NCBI GenBank assembly: GCA_049698415.1
Contig: JBAVXU010000110.1
Coordinates: 1 to 45,432 of the forward strand
Direction: 5' to 3'
DNA length: 45,432 nucleotides
From: Mycobacteriales bacterium
GTDB taxonomy: Bacteria > Actinomycetota > Actinomycetes > Mycobacteriales > QHCA01
Positions 11,193-23,682 of this stretch are shown piece after piece; the stretch's first letter is position 1, and every line of letters begins with the position of its first letter. A model generated the notes under the pieces. It was given only the letters and a program-made list of their open reading frames with translations. It had not been told where the DNA came from and did not search any database. The position numbers and the translations under genes are program-made.

Positions 11193-12037
11193 CGCTCATC
11201 GCCGGCGTACACGCGGCCATCGCCGAGGCGACCCAACGCCTTGCCGCCGCCGGCGTGCCCAGCCCGCGGCATGACGCCGAGGCGCTGGCGGCCCACGTGC
11301 TCGGCCGGTCCCGGTCCGACCTGTTCCTCGCCGCGTGGCGGCCCGAGCAGGTGGAGGCCTACGACGATCTGGTGGCCGAGCGAGTGCGCCGGGTCCCGTT
11401 GCAGCACCTGACCGGCGTGGCCGCGTTCCGCCATCTCGATCTCGCCGTCGGCCCCGGCGTCTTCGTCCCCCGGCCGGAGACCGAGGTGCTCGTCTCGTGG
11501 GGGCTCGAGCACCTTGCCGGGCAGGTGGCCCCGGTGGTGGTCGACCTGGGAGCCGGCTCTGGCGCGATCGCGCTGTCCGTGGCCGCCGAATCCCCCGGGG
11601 CGACCGTCTACGCCGTCGAGCGCGAAGCGGAGGCGCTCGCCTGGCTACACCGCAATGCCGCCGGCAGCGCGGTGCACATCGTGGCCGGCGACGCCACGGA
11701 CCCCGCCGTTCTGGCCGAACTCCACGGCCGGGTCGACCTGGTCCTCGCCAATCCGCCCTACATCCCGATCGGCGCCCAGGTCGATCCCGAAGTCGCCCGG
11801 CATGACCCGCCCGCGGCGCTGTGGGGTGGAGCGGACGGGCTCGACGTCGTACGCGCGATGGCGCATCGCGCTCGCGATCTGCTGCGCGCCGGGGGAGCGG
11901 TCGGCATCGAACACGCCGATCTGCAGGGGCGTTCGGTGCCGGCGATTCTGCGCTCGGCCGGGGGCTGGGAAGATGTCACAGACCATCCCGACCTCGCGGG
12001 CCGGGACCGATTCACGACAGCCCGGAGGTCGGTTTGA
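11189..12037 (+). CDS. prmC: release-factor glutamine N5-methyltransferase
   Basis: SAM motif [13 protein letters not shown] and catalytic NPPY (ANPPYIP). ATGA overlap with prfA. Confidence 0.92.
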   Translation: MTLIAGVHAAIAEATQRLAAAGVPSPRHDAEALAAHVLGRSRSDLFLAAWRPEQVEAYDDLVAERVRRVPLQHLTGVAAFRHLDLAVGPGVFVPRPETEVLVSWGLEHLAGQVAPVVVDLGAGSGAIALSVAAESPGATVYAVEREAEALAWLHRNAAGSAVHIVAGDATDPAVLAELHGRVDLVLANPPYIPIGAQVDPEVARHDPPAALWGGADGLDVVRAMAHRARDLLRAGGAVGIEHADLQGRSVPAILRSAGGWEDVTDHPDLAGRDRFTTARRSV

Positions 12038-12678
12038 GCAGCGTCTTTGACTGCCGATTGCCAGAGGAGCGCGCGGCCGGCCGGGCAGCGGCTGTCGAAG
12101 CGCTCAGGCGCGGTGACCTCGTCGTGCTGCCGACCGACACTGTCTACGGTGTGGCCGCCGACGCCTTCTCCGGTCCTGCTGTCGACGCACTGCTCTCCGC
12201 CAAGGAGCGCGGGCGCGACATGCCGGTCGGTGTGCTGGTGGGTTCCTGGCGTGGCCTCGACGGGTTGGTCCTGTCAGTGCCCTCCAACGTGCGCGACCTC
12301 GTCGAGGCCTTCTGGCCCGGCGGCCTCAGCCTCGTCGTCCAGCAGGCGCCATCGCTGTCCTGGGACCTCGGCGACAGCCGGGGCACGGTCATGGTCCGGA
12401 TGCCGCTACACCCGGTGGCACTCGAAGTCCTGGCCGAGACCGGACCGCTGGCCGTGTCGAGTGCGAATGTGAGCGGCAAGCCGCCGGCCACGTCGGCCGA
12501 TGAGGCGCAGGCCCAACTCGGCGGTGCCGTGGACGTCTATCTCGAGTCCGGCAGCTGTGGTGAGCCCGTGGCGTCGACGATCGTTGATGTGACCGGTCCG
12601 GTGCCGCGGATGTTGCGGGCCGGTGCGGTCACGATCGAGGCACTGCGCGAAGTCGTTCCCGACCTCGAGGACAGCTAG
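12034..12678 (+). CDS. tsaC: L-threonylcarbamoyladenylate synthase (YrdC/Sua5 family, single-domain)
   Basis: VVLPTDTVYGVAADA and SSANVSGKPPAT motifs. Start trimmed to the TTG at 12034 (TTGA overlap with the prmC stop, GGAGG at 12024-12028). The computed ORF from 11821 lies inside prmC. Confidence 0.87.
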   Translation: MSSVFDCRLPEERAAGRAAAVEALRRGDLVVLPTDTVYGVAADAFSGPAVDALLSAKERGRDMPVGVLVGSWRGLDGLVLSVPSNVRDLVEAFWPGGLSLVVQQAPSLSWDLGDSRGTVMVRMPLHPVALEVLAETGPLAVSSANVSGKPPATSADEAQAQLGGAVDVYLESGSCGEPVASTIVDVTGPVPRMLRAGAVTIEALREVVPDLEDS

Positions 12679-13067
12679 CCCGGTGCGGCGCTGGGTGACT
12701 GGTCGGCACTGGCACTGGGCGGCGCGGACGTGGGCGGCGGCGCCGCCGCCGGCGACTTGGTGGGCGGAGGCGTGGGCGAGAGGGTCGGCAGCGGAACGCC
12801 GGCCGTCGGGGATGTGCTGGCCTGTGGCGCGGACGAAGTGGACTGCACCGGACCCGGCGTCGGAGACGACGACGATGTTCCGGTCGGCGACGCAGTGGGC
12901 GAGGCTGACGGCTGCTTGAGGTTGCCCGCCGCTCCGGCGGCGTTGGAGCTCAGAATGCCGGTCACCACACCTGTCACAGAGCCCAGGATCGCGCCGACAA
13001 GCAGTGCGGTCGCGATCATCGGGGCGGCACGTGAGGACGCGGAAGGTTCCTGACCGAGTGATGACAC
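12675..13067 (-). CDS. single-pass membrane protein with a Pro/Ser/Thr-rich tail (unknown function)
   Basis: Strong third-position G/C bias on the minus strand. One hydrophobic helix (MIATALLVGAILGSVTGVVTGIL) followed by a P/S/T/A low-complexity region. GTG at 13067 follows AGGGGAGAG; other possible starts are 13085 and 13019. Confidence 0.5.
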   Translation of the reverse strand: MSSLGQEPSASSRAAPMIATALLVGAILGSVTGVVTGILSSNAAGAAGNLKQPSASPTASPTGTSSSSPTPGPVQSTSSAPQASTSPTAGVPLPTLSPTPPPTKSPAAAPPPTSAPPSASADQSPSAAPG

Positions 13068-13119
13068 GCGCTCTCCCCTACCCACTGGCTAGCGGGCCAT
13101 GCCGCCCATCCGTCATCGC

Positions 13120-13125
13120 TAGACT
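13120..13125 (+). promoter_or_regulatory. candidate -10 element (TAGACT) for glyA
   Basis: TANNNT-type hexamer 36 nt upstream of the glyA ATG, in a short divergent gap. No clear -35 element. Confidence 0.3.
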
Positions 13126-13160
13126 AGTCACTTCTCCGCCGCACACGAGGAGTCGCCGGC

Positions 13161-14423
13161 ATGAGCACACCTTTCTGGGGCCCTGACTTCGACGCCCTCC
13201 AGCACGAGGATCCCGAGATCGCCGACGTGGTGCTCGGAGAACTCGACCGCTTGCGCGGTGGCCTGCAACTGATCGCGAGCGAGAACTTCACCTCGCCGTC
13301 GGTGCTGGCGGCGCTGGGCTCGACCCTGTCGAACAAGTACGCCGAGGGCTATCCCGGCCGGCGTTACTACGGCGGCTGCCAGGAGGTCGACAAGGCCGAG
13401 GAGATCGGGATCGCCCGCGCCAAGGAACTCTTCGGCGCCGAGCATGCCAACCTCCAGCCGCACTCGGGCGCATCGGCAAATCTCGCGGCCTATGCCGCCC
13501 TGCTCGACCCCGGCGACACCGTGCTGGCCATGTCGCTGCCGCACGGCGGCCACCTCACCCACGGCAGCAAGGTGAACTTCTCGGGCAAGTGGTTCAACAC
13601 CATCGGCTACTCCGTCACCAAGGACAGTGAGCTGATCGACTACGACGAGGTACGCGACCTGGCCCGCGAGCACCGGCCCAAGATGATCATCTGCGGGGCG
13701 ACCGCCTATCCCCGGTTGATCGACTTCGCCGCGTTCCGCGAGATCGCCGACGAGGTCGGCGCCCGGTTGATGGTCGACGCCGCGCACTTCATCGGTCTGG
13801 TGGCCGGCAAGGCGATCCCGTCCCCGGTCCCCTACGCCGACGTGGTGACCTTCACGACGCACAAGGTCCTGCGCGGCCCGCGCGGCGGCATGATCGTGTG
13901 CAAGGAAGAGTTGGCCAAGGCCATCGACAAGGCGGTCTTCCCGTTCAGCCAGGGCGGTCCGCTGATGCACGCCGTGGCCGCCAAGGCCGTCGCGCTCAAG
14001 GAGGCGCTCCAGCCGGAGTATCAGACCTACGCCCGGCAGGTCATCGCCAACGCCCAGGCACTCGCCGACGGCCTCGCCGCCGATGGCATGAGGCCGGTCT
14101 CCGGCGGCACCGACACACACCTCGCCCTGATCGACCTGCGCGGGCTGGGCGTGACCGGCAAGGACGCCGAGGCTCGCTGCGACGCCGCCCGGATCACCCT
14201 CAACAAGAACGCCATCCCGTACGACCCCGAGAAGCCGATGGTGGCATCCGGCATCAGGGTGGGCACGCCGTCGGTGACGACGCAGGGGATGACCGAGGGT
14301 GAGATGAAAGAGGTCGCATCGTTCATCGGCCGGGCCATCCGCGATGCCGACGGCTCGGCTGCCGCCGAACTCGCCGAGGCCGTCACCGCACTGGTATCCA
14401 CGCACCCCGCATACCCCCGCTGA
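13161..14423 (+). CDS. glyA: serine hydroxymethyltransferase
   Basis: [11 protein letters not shown] and PLP-lysine motif [23 protein letters not shown]. Confidence 0.96.
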   Translation: MSTPFWGPDFDALQHEDPEIADVVLGELDRLRGGLQLIASENFTSPSVLAALGSTLSNKYAEGYPGRRYYGGCQEVDKAEEIGIARAKELFGAEHANLQPHSGASANLAAYAALLDPGDTVLAMSLPHGGHLTHGSKVNFSGKWFNTIGYSVTKDSELIDYDEVRDLAREHRPKMIICGATAYPRLIDFAAFREIADEVGARLMVDAAHFIGLVAGKAIPSPVPYADVVTFTTHKVLRGPRGGMIVCKEELAKAIDKAVFPFSQGGPLMHAVAAKAVALKEALQPEYQTYARQVIANAQALADGLAADGMRPVSGGTDTHLALIDLRGLGVTGKDAEARCDAARITLNKNAIPYDPEKPMVASGIRVGTPSVTTQGMTEGEMKEVASFIGRAIRDADGSAAAELAEAVTALVSTHPAYPR

Positions 14424-14475
14424 CAAGGCTTTCTACGCCGGACCCGGTGCTCAGCCAGGCCTGTCCCATGTGATA

Positions 14476-14514
14476 GAAATTGCCCATGCGAAAGCGGCTG
14501 CCGAGGGCAATTTT
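14476..14514 (+). promoter_or_regulatory. inverted repeat between glyA and the atp operon (candidate terminator or operator)
   Basis: AAATTGCCC (14477-14485) pairs with GGGCAATTT (14505-14513) across a 19-nt loop containing GC-GAAA-GC, followed by T. Its role was not determined. Confidence 0.3.
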
Positions 14515-14542
14515 GCCTCTGTTGCCGCGCTAGGAAGGCGAG

Positions 14543-14749
14543 GTGGCCGGGCGGGGGCTGGGCGTCTGGGACCTGGTCACTCTGGGCGCGACGCTCGTCG
14601 GCTGTCTTGTCGGTGGGCTTGTCATCGGCTTGTTGCTCGACCATCGGTTCGATGCCCTGCCGTTGTACACGTTGGTCGGTATTGCGGTCGGAATCGTGAG
14701 CGGTGCAGCCATCACGTACCTTCGAATCCGCGAGTTCCTGCGCGACTGA
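14543..14749 (+). CDS. small AtpZ/AtpI-family membrane protein
   Basis: 68 aa with two predicted TM helices, located directly upstream of the atp genes. GTG after GGAAGG. Confidence 0.6.
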   Translation: MAGRGLGVWDLVTLGATLVGCLVGGLVIGLLLDHRFDALPLYTLVGIAVGIVSGAAITYLRIREFLRD

Positions 14750-14758
14750 GAGGATGGG

Positions 14759-15195
14759 TTGATGACACCGGAGGGCGAGGCCGTGGACACCGCCGGCCCG
14801 CAGGAGAACATCGGCGTGCCGCGGCACACCGCTGCGAACCTTCGGCGTTGCGCGATCATCTCGATACCTCTCGGTCTGGTCGCCGTGGGCCTGCTGGCAC
14901 TGGTCGGGCACCCACTTGCCGGGGTGCTGGTCTGCCTGGGGCTGGCCATGGGCGCGGGCAACACCTACCTCGTGCAGCGTTCGGTGGTGAAGTACGCATC
15001 CTCCGATGCCGGTGACGCCAAGCGCCGGTTCATCGGGGGCGTGTTCGTCCGCCTGGCCGTGATCTCCGTCGTCGCGCTGACGATCTGCCTGCTGTTGCTC
15101 CCGGATGGCCTGGGCATCCTCGGCGGCCTCGCCGCCTTCCAGATCCTGATGCTGGCCTCTGCGTCCATGCCGCTGCTCAGGGAACTGCGCCAGGC

Positions 15196-15199
<4 letters not shown>
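14759..15199 (+). CDS. atpI: ATP synthase protein I-like membrane protein
   Basis: 146 aa with about 4 hydrophobic segments. ATGA overlap with atpB. The call rests on position and topology only. Confidence 0.6.
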
Positions 15200-16291
<1,092 letters not shown>

Positions 16292-16298
16292 CCACTGC

Positions 16299-16841
16299 AT
16301 GTCAACGACCGTGATCGCCGCCGGGAGCAACTTCCTGGTGCCCAACGCGACCTTCCTGGTCGAGTTGGTGGCTTTCTTGATCCTGCTCTCGGTCCTCGGG
16401 CGCTACATCGTGCCGCCGCTCCAACGTGCGGTCATGGAGCGCCAGGAGTTGATCCGCAAGCAGTTCGAGGAGGCGCGCGAGGCCAAGGAACGCGCTGAGG
16501 CGGCCGAGGCGGCGTACAAAGCCTCGCTGGAGCGGGCTCGGGCCGAAGGCAGTCAGATTCGCGAGGAAGCTCGTACGCAGGGTCGCGAGATCATCGAGGC
16601 GGCACAGGCCAAGGCGCAGGAGGATGCCGACCGCGAGTTGGTGCACGGCCGGCAGCACCTCACCACAGAGCGCGACGCCCTCGCCCGCGAGCTTCGGGCC
16701 GGTGTCGGCCAGTTGGCGACCGACCTCGCCGGCCGCATCGTCGGTGAGTCGCTGGCCGACGACGCGCGCGTGGGTGAGCTGGTCGAGGAGTTCCAGGCCG
16801 AGGAGACCACCGCGGCCGTCGCCGGCGAGAGCGCCCTCTGA
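16299..16841 (+). CDS. atpF: F0F1 ATP synthase subunit b
   Basis: N-terminal TM helix followed by a long A/E/R-rich helix. Standard operon position. Confidence 0.9.
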   Translation: MSTTVIAAGSNFLVPNATFLVELVAFLILLSVLGRYIVPPLQRAVMERQELIRKQFEEAREAKERAEAAEAAYKASLERARAEGSQIREEARTQGREIIEAAQAKAQEDADRELVHGRQHLTTERDALARELRAGVGQLATDLAGRIVGESLADDARVGELVEEFQAEETTAAVAGESAL

Positions 16842-17371
16842 TGAACTCCGCGATCGCCAAGTTCGCCGCCGAGGTCTTCGGCTTCTTCGTCGTCGCCGCA
16901 GTGCTGTGGCGCTACGTCCTGCCGTTCGCCCGCACCGCGATGACGGCCCGGCAGAAGTTGATCCAAGGGCAGTTCGACGACGCCCGCGAAGCCAAGGAGC
17001 AGGCGGAGGCCGCCGAGGCCGAGTTCAAGAGCTCCATCGACGACGCCGACACCGAGACCGCTCAGATCATCGAGAGCGCCCGCTCCCAGGCCAGGGCCAT
17101 CGTCGAGGAGTCGAGGGTCAAGGCCGAGCAGGAGGCCGAGCGCATCGCCGAACGCGGCCGCCAGCAACTCACCGCGGAGCGCGACTCACTCGTACGCGAG
17201 CTGCGGGCGCAGACGGGAGCGCAGGTCGCCGCACTGGCCAGCCGGATCGCCATGGAGCTGCTGGCCGATGATGCGCGCCGGGCTGCCACCGTCGAGCGGT
17301 TCCTGACCGATCTTGACGAGCGGGCCACGGCCGACAGCGCAGCGAGCGGTAGCTCGAAGGGGAGCAGCTGA
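16841..17371 (+). CDS. second b-type (b'-like) ATP synthase stalk subunit
   Basis: 176 aa with the same architecture and clear similarity to atpF (..QFEEAREAKERAEAAEA.. versus ..QFDDAREAKEQAEAAEA..). TGATG overlaps at both ends. Confidence 0.85.
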   Translation: MNSAIAKFAAEVFGFFVVAAVLWRYVLPFARTAMTARQKLIQGQFDDAREAKEQAEAAEAEFKSSIDDADTETAQIIESARSQARAIVEESRVKAEQEAERIAERGRQQLTAERDSLVRELRAQTGAQVAALASRIAMELLADDARRAATVERFLTDLDERATADSAASGSSKGSS

Positions 17372-18189
17372 TGCAGGTAGCCAGCCGCGAAGCGCTCGCC
17401 CAGGGACGCACTCGCCTCGACGAGCGGGAAGCCCGCTCGGGCAGCACCCGGCTCAGCACGCTGGCCGGTGACCTGCTGGCCGTGGGCCGGCTGCTCGCCC
17501 GTGAGCCGGTGCTCCGTCGGTCCCTGTCGGACCCGGCGGCACCCGAAGACGTCCGGCGCGAGCTTCTCGACGCCGTCGCGGGCAAGCAGGTCGGCAAGCC
17601 GGCAACCGAGTTGCTGCACGATCTGGTCTCTAGCCGGTGGTCGTCCCCGGCCGACCTCGTCGACGCCTGCGAACTTCTCGCCGTGCAGGCACTGCTGGCC
17701 GCCGCGGAAGCCGACGACGCGCTGCCCGATGTCGAGGACCAGCTCTTCCGCTTCCTGAGAGTCTGTGCTGGCGACGCCGAGCTGCGCGCGACGCTGGCCG
17801 ACTCGACTGCAGCCGTCGACCGGCGCGAACGCCTGGTCGACGACCTCCTCAAGGGCAACGCGCACGCTGTCACCCAGACCCTGGTCAAGCTCGCGCTCGG
17901 CGGGCTGAGTGGACGTGGCTTCGAGGCATCGCTGGAGCGGATGGTCGAGCTGGCCGCGCAACGCCGAGACCATGCGGCGGCCTACGTCACCGTGGCGACG
18001 GGGCTGACCCGCAAGCAGGAGAGCGAGCTCGAGGCGACCCTGGCCCGGATCTACGGACGCAAGATGTCGCTGCTCATCGTCGTCGACCCGTCGATCCTCG
18101 GCGGGATGACGGTGCGCGTCGGTGACGAGTTGTACGACGGCAGTGTTGCGAGACGACTGGCCCAGGTGCGTTCCGGACTGGCCGGCTAG
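17371..18189 (+). CDS. atpH: F0F1 ATP synthase subunit delta (long, 272 aa)
   Basis: OSCP-type C-terminus GGMTVRVGDELYDGSVARRL. About 90 aa longer than delta in most bacteria. Confidence 0.9.
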   Translation: MQVASREALAQGRTRLDEREARSGSTRLSTLAGDLLAVGRLLAREPVLRRSLSDPAAPEDVRRELLDAVAGKQVGKPATELLHDLVSSRWSSPADLVDACELLAVQALLAAAEADDALPDVEDQLFRFLRVCAGDAELRATLADSTAAVDRRERLVDDLLKGNAHAVTQTLVKLALGGLSGRGFEASLERMVELAAQRRDHAAAYVTVATGLTRKQESELEATLARIYGRKMSLLIVVDPSILGGMTVRVGDELYDGSVARRLAQVRSGLAG

Positions 18190-18243
18190 GGCGAGCCACG
18201 ACATCACATGCAGACCACCAATAGAGATTGAGGACACAGGACC

Positions 18244-19905
18244 ATGGCGGAGTTGACCATCTCCTCTGAGGAGATCCGCAGCGCGATCGAGCGCTACGTC
18301 TCCTCGTACACGCCAGAGACCTCCAAGGAGGAGGTCGGTCTGGTGACCGAGGTCGGCGACGGGATCGCCCGCGTGGAGGGCCTGCCCTCGACAATGACCA
18401 ACGAGCTGCTCGAGTTCGAAGGCGGTCTGCTCGGCATCGCGCTGAACCTCGACGTACGCGAGATCGGCACCGTGCTGCTGGGCAACTACGAGAACATCGA
18501 GGAGGGCCAGCAGGTCCGGCGTACCGGCCGGGTCCTGTCCGTGCCGGTCGGCGACGCCTTCCTCGGCCGGGTGGTCGACGCGCTGGGCACCCCGATCGAC
18601 GGCAAGGGCGAGATCGACACGACCGAGCGGCGCGCCCTGGAGCTTCAGGCGCCCTCCGTCGTGATGCGCCAGCCGGTCAAGGAGCCCATGCAGACCGGGA
18701 TCAAGTCCATCGACGCCATGACGGCCATCGGCCGCGGCCAGCGCCAGCTGATCATCGGTGACCGGCAGACCGGCAAGACCGCGGTCGCGATCGACACGAT
18801 CATCAACCAGAAGGACAACTGGGACAGCGGCGATCCCAAGCTGCAGGTCAAGTGCATCTACGTCGCGATCGGGCAGAAGGGCTCGACCATCGCGGCCATC
18901 CGCGGTGCGCTCGAGGACGCCGGAGCGATGGAGTACACCACCATCGTGGCTGCACCGGCCTCCGATGCGGCCGGCTTCAAGTACGTCGCGCCCTACACCG
19001 GATCGGCGATCGGCCAGCACTGGATGTACGACGGCCAGCACGTGCTGATCGTCTTCGACGACTTGTCCAAGCAGGCCGAGGCCTATCGCGCCGTTTCGTT
19101 GCTGCTGCGCCGTCCGCCGGGCCGCGAGGCATACCCCGGTGACGTCTTCTACCTTCACTCCCGCCTGTTGGAGCGGTGCGCGAAGCTCTCCGACGAGCTG
19201 GGCGGCGGCTCGATGACCGGCCTGCCGATCATCGAGACCAAGGGCAACGACATCTCGGCCTACATCCCGACCAACGTCATCTCGATCACCGACGGCCAGA
19301 TCTTCCTCGAGACCGACCTGTTCAACTCCGGCGTCCGGCCCGCGATCAACGTCGGCGTCTCGGTCTCCCGGGTCGGCGGCAACGCCCAGATCAAGGCGAT
19401 GAAGTCGGTGTCGGGTCGGCTGCGTCTCGACCTGGCGCAGTACCGCGAGCTCGAAGCGTTCTCCGCCTTCGGCTCCGACCTCGATCCTGCCTCCAAGGCT
19501 TCGCTGGCCCGGGGAGAGCGCCTGGTCGAACTGCTCAAGCAGCCGCAGTACTCCCCGTTCTCGGTGGAGCGTGAGGTCGTGGCGCTGTGGGCGGGCACGA
19601 CCGGCGAGCTCGACGTCGTCCCGGTCAGCGACATCCGGCGGTTCGAATCGGAGTTCCTCGACTACGTCGGTCGCGAGCACAAGGGCATCTACGACTCGAT
19701 CGTGGAGACCGGCAAGCTCGAGGACGACACCGTCGAGTCCCTCAAGAAGGCGATCGAGTCCTTCAAGAAGGAGTTCGAGACCGGCTCCGGGGACTCGCTG
19801 AAGCTCAACGAGGCCGAGGCGGAGGCGATGAATCCCGACGACGAGGGCAAGGAGTCGGTCAAGAAGTACACCAAGAAGCCCAAGCCGCCAGAGAAGAAGT
19901 CATAG
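18244..19905 (+). CDS. atpA: F0F1 ATP synthase subunit alpha with a C-terminal extension
   Basis: Walker A GDRQTGKT and conserved alpha-subunit sequence throughout. About 40 extra C-terminal residues. Confidence 0.97.
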   Translation: MAELTISSEEIRSAIERYVSSYTPETSKEEVGLVTEVGDGIARVEGLPSTMTNELLEFEGGLLGIALNLDVREIGTVLLGNYENIEEGQQVRRTGRVLSVPVGDAFLGRVVDALGTPIDGKGEIDTTERRALELQAPSVVMRQPVKEPMQTGIKSIDAMTAIGRGQRQLIIGDRQTGKTAVAIDTIINQKDNWDSGDPKLQVKCIYVAIGQKGSTIAAIRGALEDAGAMEYTTIVAAPASDAAGFKYVAPYTGSAIGQHWMYDGQHVLIVFDDLSKQAEAYRAVSLLLRRPPGREAYPGDVFYLHSRLLERCAKLSDELGGGSMTGLPIIETKGNDISAYIPTNVISITDGQIFLETDLFNSGVRPAINVGVSVSRVGGNAQIKAMKSVSGRLRLDLAQYRELEAFSAFGSDLDPASKASLARGERLVELLKQPQYSPFSVEREVVALWAGTTGELDVVPVSDIRRFESEFLDYVGREHKGIYDSIVETGKLEDDTVESLKKAIESFKKEFETGSGDSLKLNEAEAEAMNPDDEGKESVKKYTKKPKPPEKKS

Positions 19906-19908
19906 CGC

Positions 19909-22313
<2,405 letters not shown>

Positions 22314-22435
22314 GGTCAGGGCCGGCGGGCGGGATCGACGAAGCTCAGCGCCCACCGGCCAGGCTCAGCTGACGGCGGCCTGGTCATCACCTCCGACGTG
22401 TTGCCCGTGCGCGGCACGGCAAGGATTATCAGGTT

Positions 22436-23143
22436 GTGGACGACGCCAACACGTGGGAGACCTATGAGCTCCCGCCGCTGACCGACGCGCCGCCCGAGGA
22501 CATGTTCACCCCGCTCGAGGACCAGTTGGCCAGCGTCCGGGAGTGGAACGAGACCCGCCGGTGGGGCTTCACCCCGGCCGACTTCGCGGCCATCGACCTC
22601 ACCCCCCGCCTGCACGCGAGCCCGCTCGTCGTCGATGTGATCGCGGTCTACCTCCACGGCAAGGGCGAGCTCGACGCCGTACGACACACCGCAGATGACC
22701 TGTGGCTGCTCGCGGCCGTACAACAGCCCAACGCCTGGTGCTGGGACGACTGGTACTGGAACCAGCCCGGCAGCGGGCTGAAGCCGCTGCGGCTGGCCAA
22801 GGGGCTTGAGCACCGCCCCGGGGTGCGGCGGGTGACCCTCGACCTGGGTGCACACTGGCAGCCGGGCCGACACGTCAGCGCGCTGCAGGTGATGAGCCAG
22901 AACTCCGCTCACGCCGAAGTGCTCGCCGCGGCCGCACACTTCCCCAACTGGGTACGCGCCATGGACGGCCGAACCGTCCCCTACACCTGGCTGGCCGGAT
23001 ATCAGGTGACCATCCCGCCGTACTCCCGGCACTACCGGCTGCCGTGCCTGACGTGGACGAGGTACCGGCAGATGCTCAGCCTCACCAGTCACGAGGCGGC
23101 CTACACGCAGTTCGGCTGGGCCGCCCCGGTCTGCCTCGCCTGA
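22436..23143 (+). CDS. hypothetical Trp-rich soluble protein inserted between atpD and atpC
   Basis: 235-aa ORF with strong plus-strand third-position G/C bias (GTG GAC GAC GCC AAC ACG TGG GAG ACC..). AAGGA lies upstream of the GTG. No TM segment or signal peptide and no recognised family. About 13 Trp residues, including [11 protein letters not shown]. Confidence 0.7.
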   Translation: MDDANTWETYELPPLTDAPPEDMFTPLEDQLASVREWNETRRWGFTPADFAAIDLTPRLHASPLVVDVIAVYLHGKGELDAVRHTADDLWLLAAVQQPNAWCWDDWYWNQPGSGLKPLRLAKGLEHRPGVRRVTLDLGAHWQPGRHVSALQVMSQNSAHAEVLAAAAHFPNWVRAMDGRTVPYTWLAGYQVTIPPYSRHYRLPCLTWTRYRQMLSLTSHEAAYTQFGWAAPVCLA

Positions 23144-23220
23144 GCCGCGCGCCGGGCCACCTGCAGGTCACGCGCGGTGGTTGCTGTGGGTGACCTCGCC
23201 GGAGCGTGGAGGCCGGTGGG

Positions 23221-23226
23221 TAGACT
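23221..23226 (+). promoter_or_regulatory. candidate -10 element (TAGACT) upstream of atpC
   Basis: Same hexamer as upstream of glyA, 36 nt before the atpC GTG. Speculative. Confidence 0.25.
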
Positions 23227-23261
23227 CGCGAAATCCCATTCTGGACCGTGAGGAGTTGCAG

Positions 23262-23657
23262 GTGGCAGAGCCGCTACAGGTCGAGCTCGTCTCTGTGGAG
23301 CGGCCGATCTGGTCTGGCGAGGCGACCATGGTCCGCGCCCGGACCACGGAGGGTGAGCTGGGCATCCTTCCCGGTCATGCGCCCTTGCTCGGCGAGCTCG
23401 CCGAGGGCTGGGTCGTGCGCATCAAGCAGGACGCCGGCTCCGAGCTGGTGGCCGCGGTGCACGGCGGCTTCCTCTCGGTCACCCCGGAGGGTGTTTCGAT
23501 CCTGGCCGAGATCGCGGAGTTGGCTGACGACATCGACGTCGGCCGCGCCCGCCAAGCCTACGAACGCACCGACAACGCCGATCGCGACGACGAAGATGCG
23601 CAGGCCGCACGACAGCGTGCGATGAGCCGCCTGCGCGCCGTCGGCGAGCCGGTCTGA
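23262..23657 (+). CDS. atpC: F0F1 ATP synthase subunit epsilon
   Basis: [37 protein letters not shown]. Start trimmed to the GTG at 23262 after GAGGAG; the computed ORF starts at 23181. Confidence 0.92.
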   Translation: MAEPLQVELVSVERPIWSGEATMVRARTTEGELGILPGHAPLLGELAEGWVVRIKQDAGSELVAAVHGGFLSVTPEGVSILAEIAELADDIDVGRARQAYERTDNADRDDEDAQAARQRAMSRLRAVGEPV

Positions 23658-23682
23658 TCCCGGCGATCCGGGGGCGCAGCGC

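Noticed and set aside
13068-13160. Possible ZTP (pfl) or other riboswitch upstream of glyA.
   Set aside because: Only about 90 nt are available. ACTGGC is present, but the conserved CCGCCUGGGC-type 3' element is not. A TAGACT -10 at 13120 would leave a leader of only about 30 nt.
17062-19680. 872-aa minus-strand ORF antisense to atpH/atpA. Similar long antisense ORFs occur elsewhere (124-1842, 1677-2978, 7236-8282, 9870-11072, 13128-14426, 20847-22355, 24723-26072, 31371-32843, 38592-40047 and others).
   Set aside because: These are typical shadow ORFs of a roughly 70% GC genome. Their translations are Arg/Gly/Asp/His-rich with no motifs, and each overlaps a confidently identified gene on the other strand that carries the G/C third-position bias.
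22316-23092. 258-aa minus-strand ORF covering the atpD-atpC insert.
   Set aside because: The plus-strand frame (22436-23143) has the clear third-position G/C bias and an RBS. The minus-strand product is Arg/Gly/Pro-rich and looks like noise.
23145-23177. Palindrome-containing element after the inserted ORF as a mobile-element end or att site.
   Set aside because: No matching copy occurs on the other side of the insert (22314-22435), and there is no recombinase. It is more likely a weak transcriptional stem-loop.
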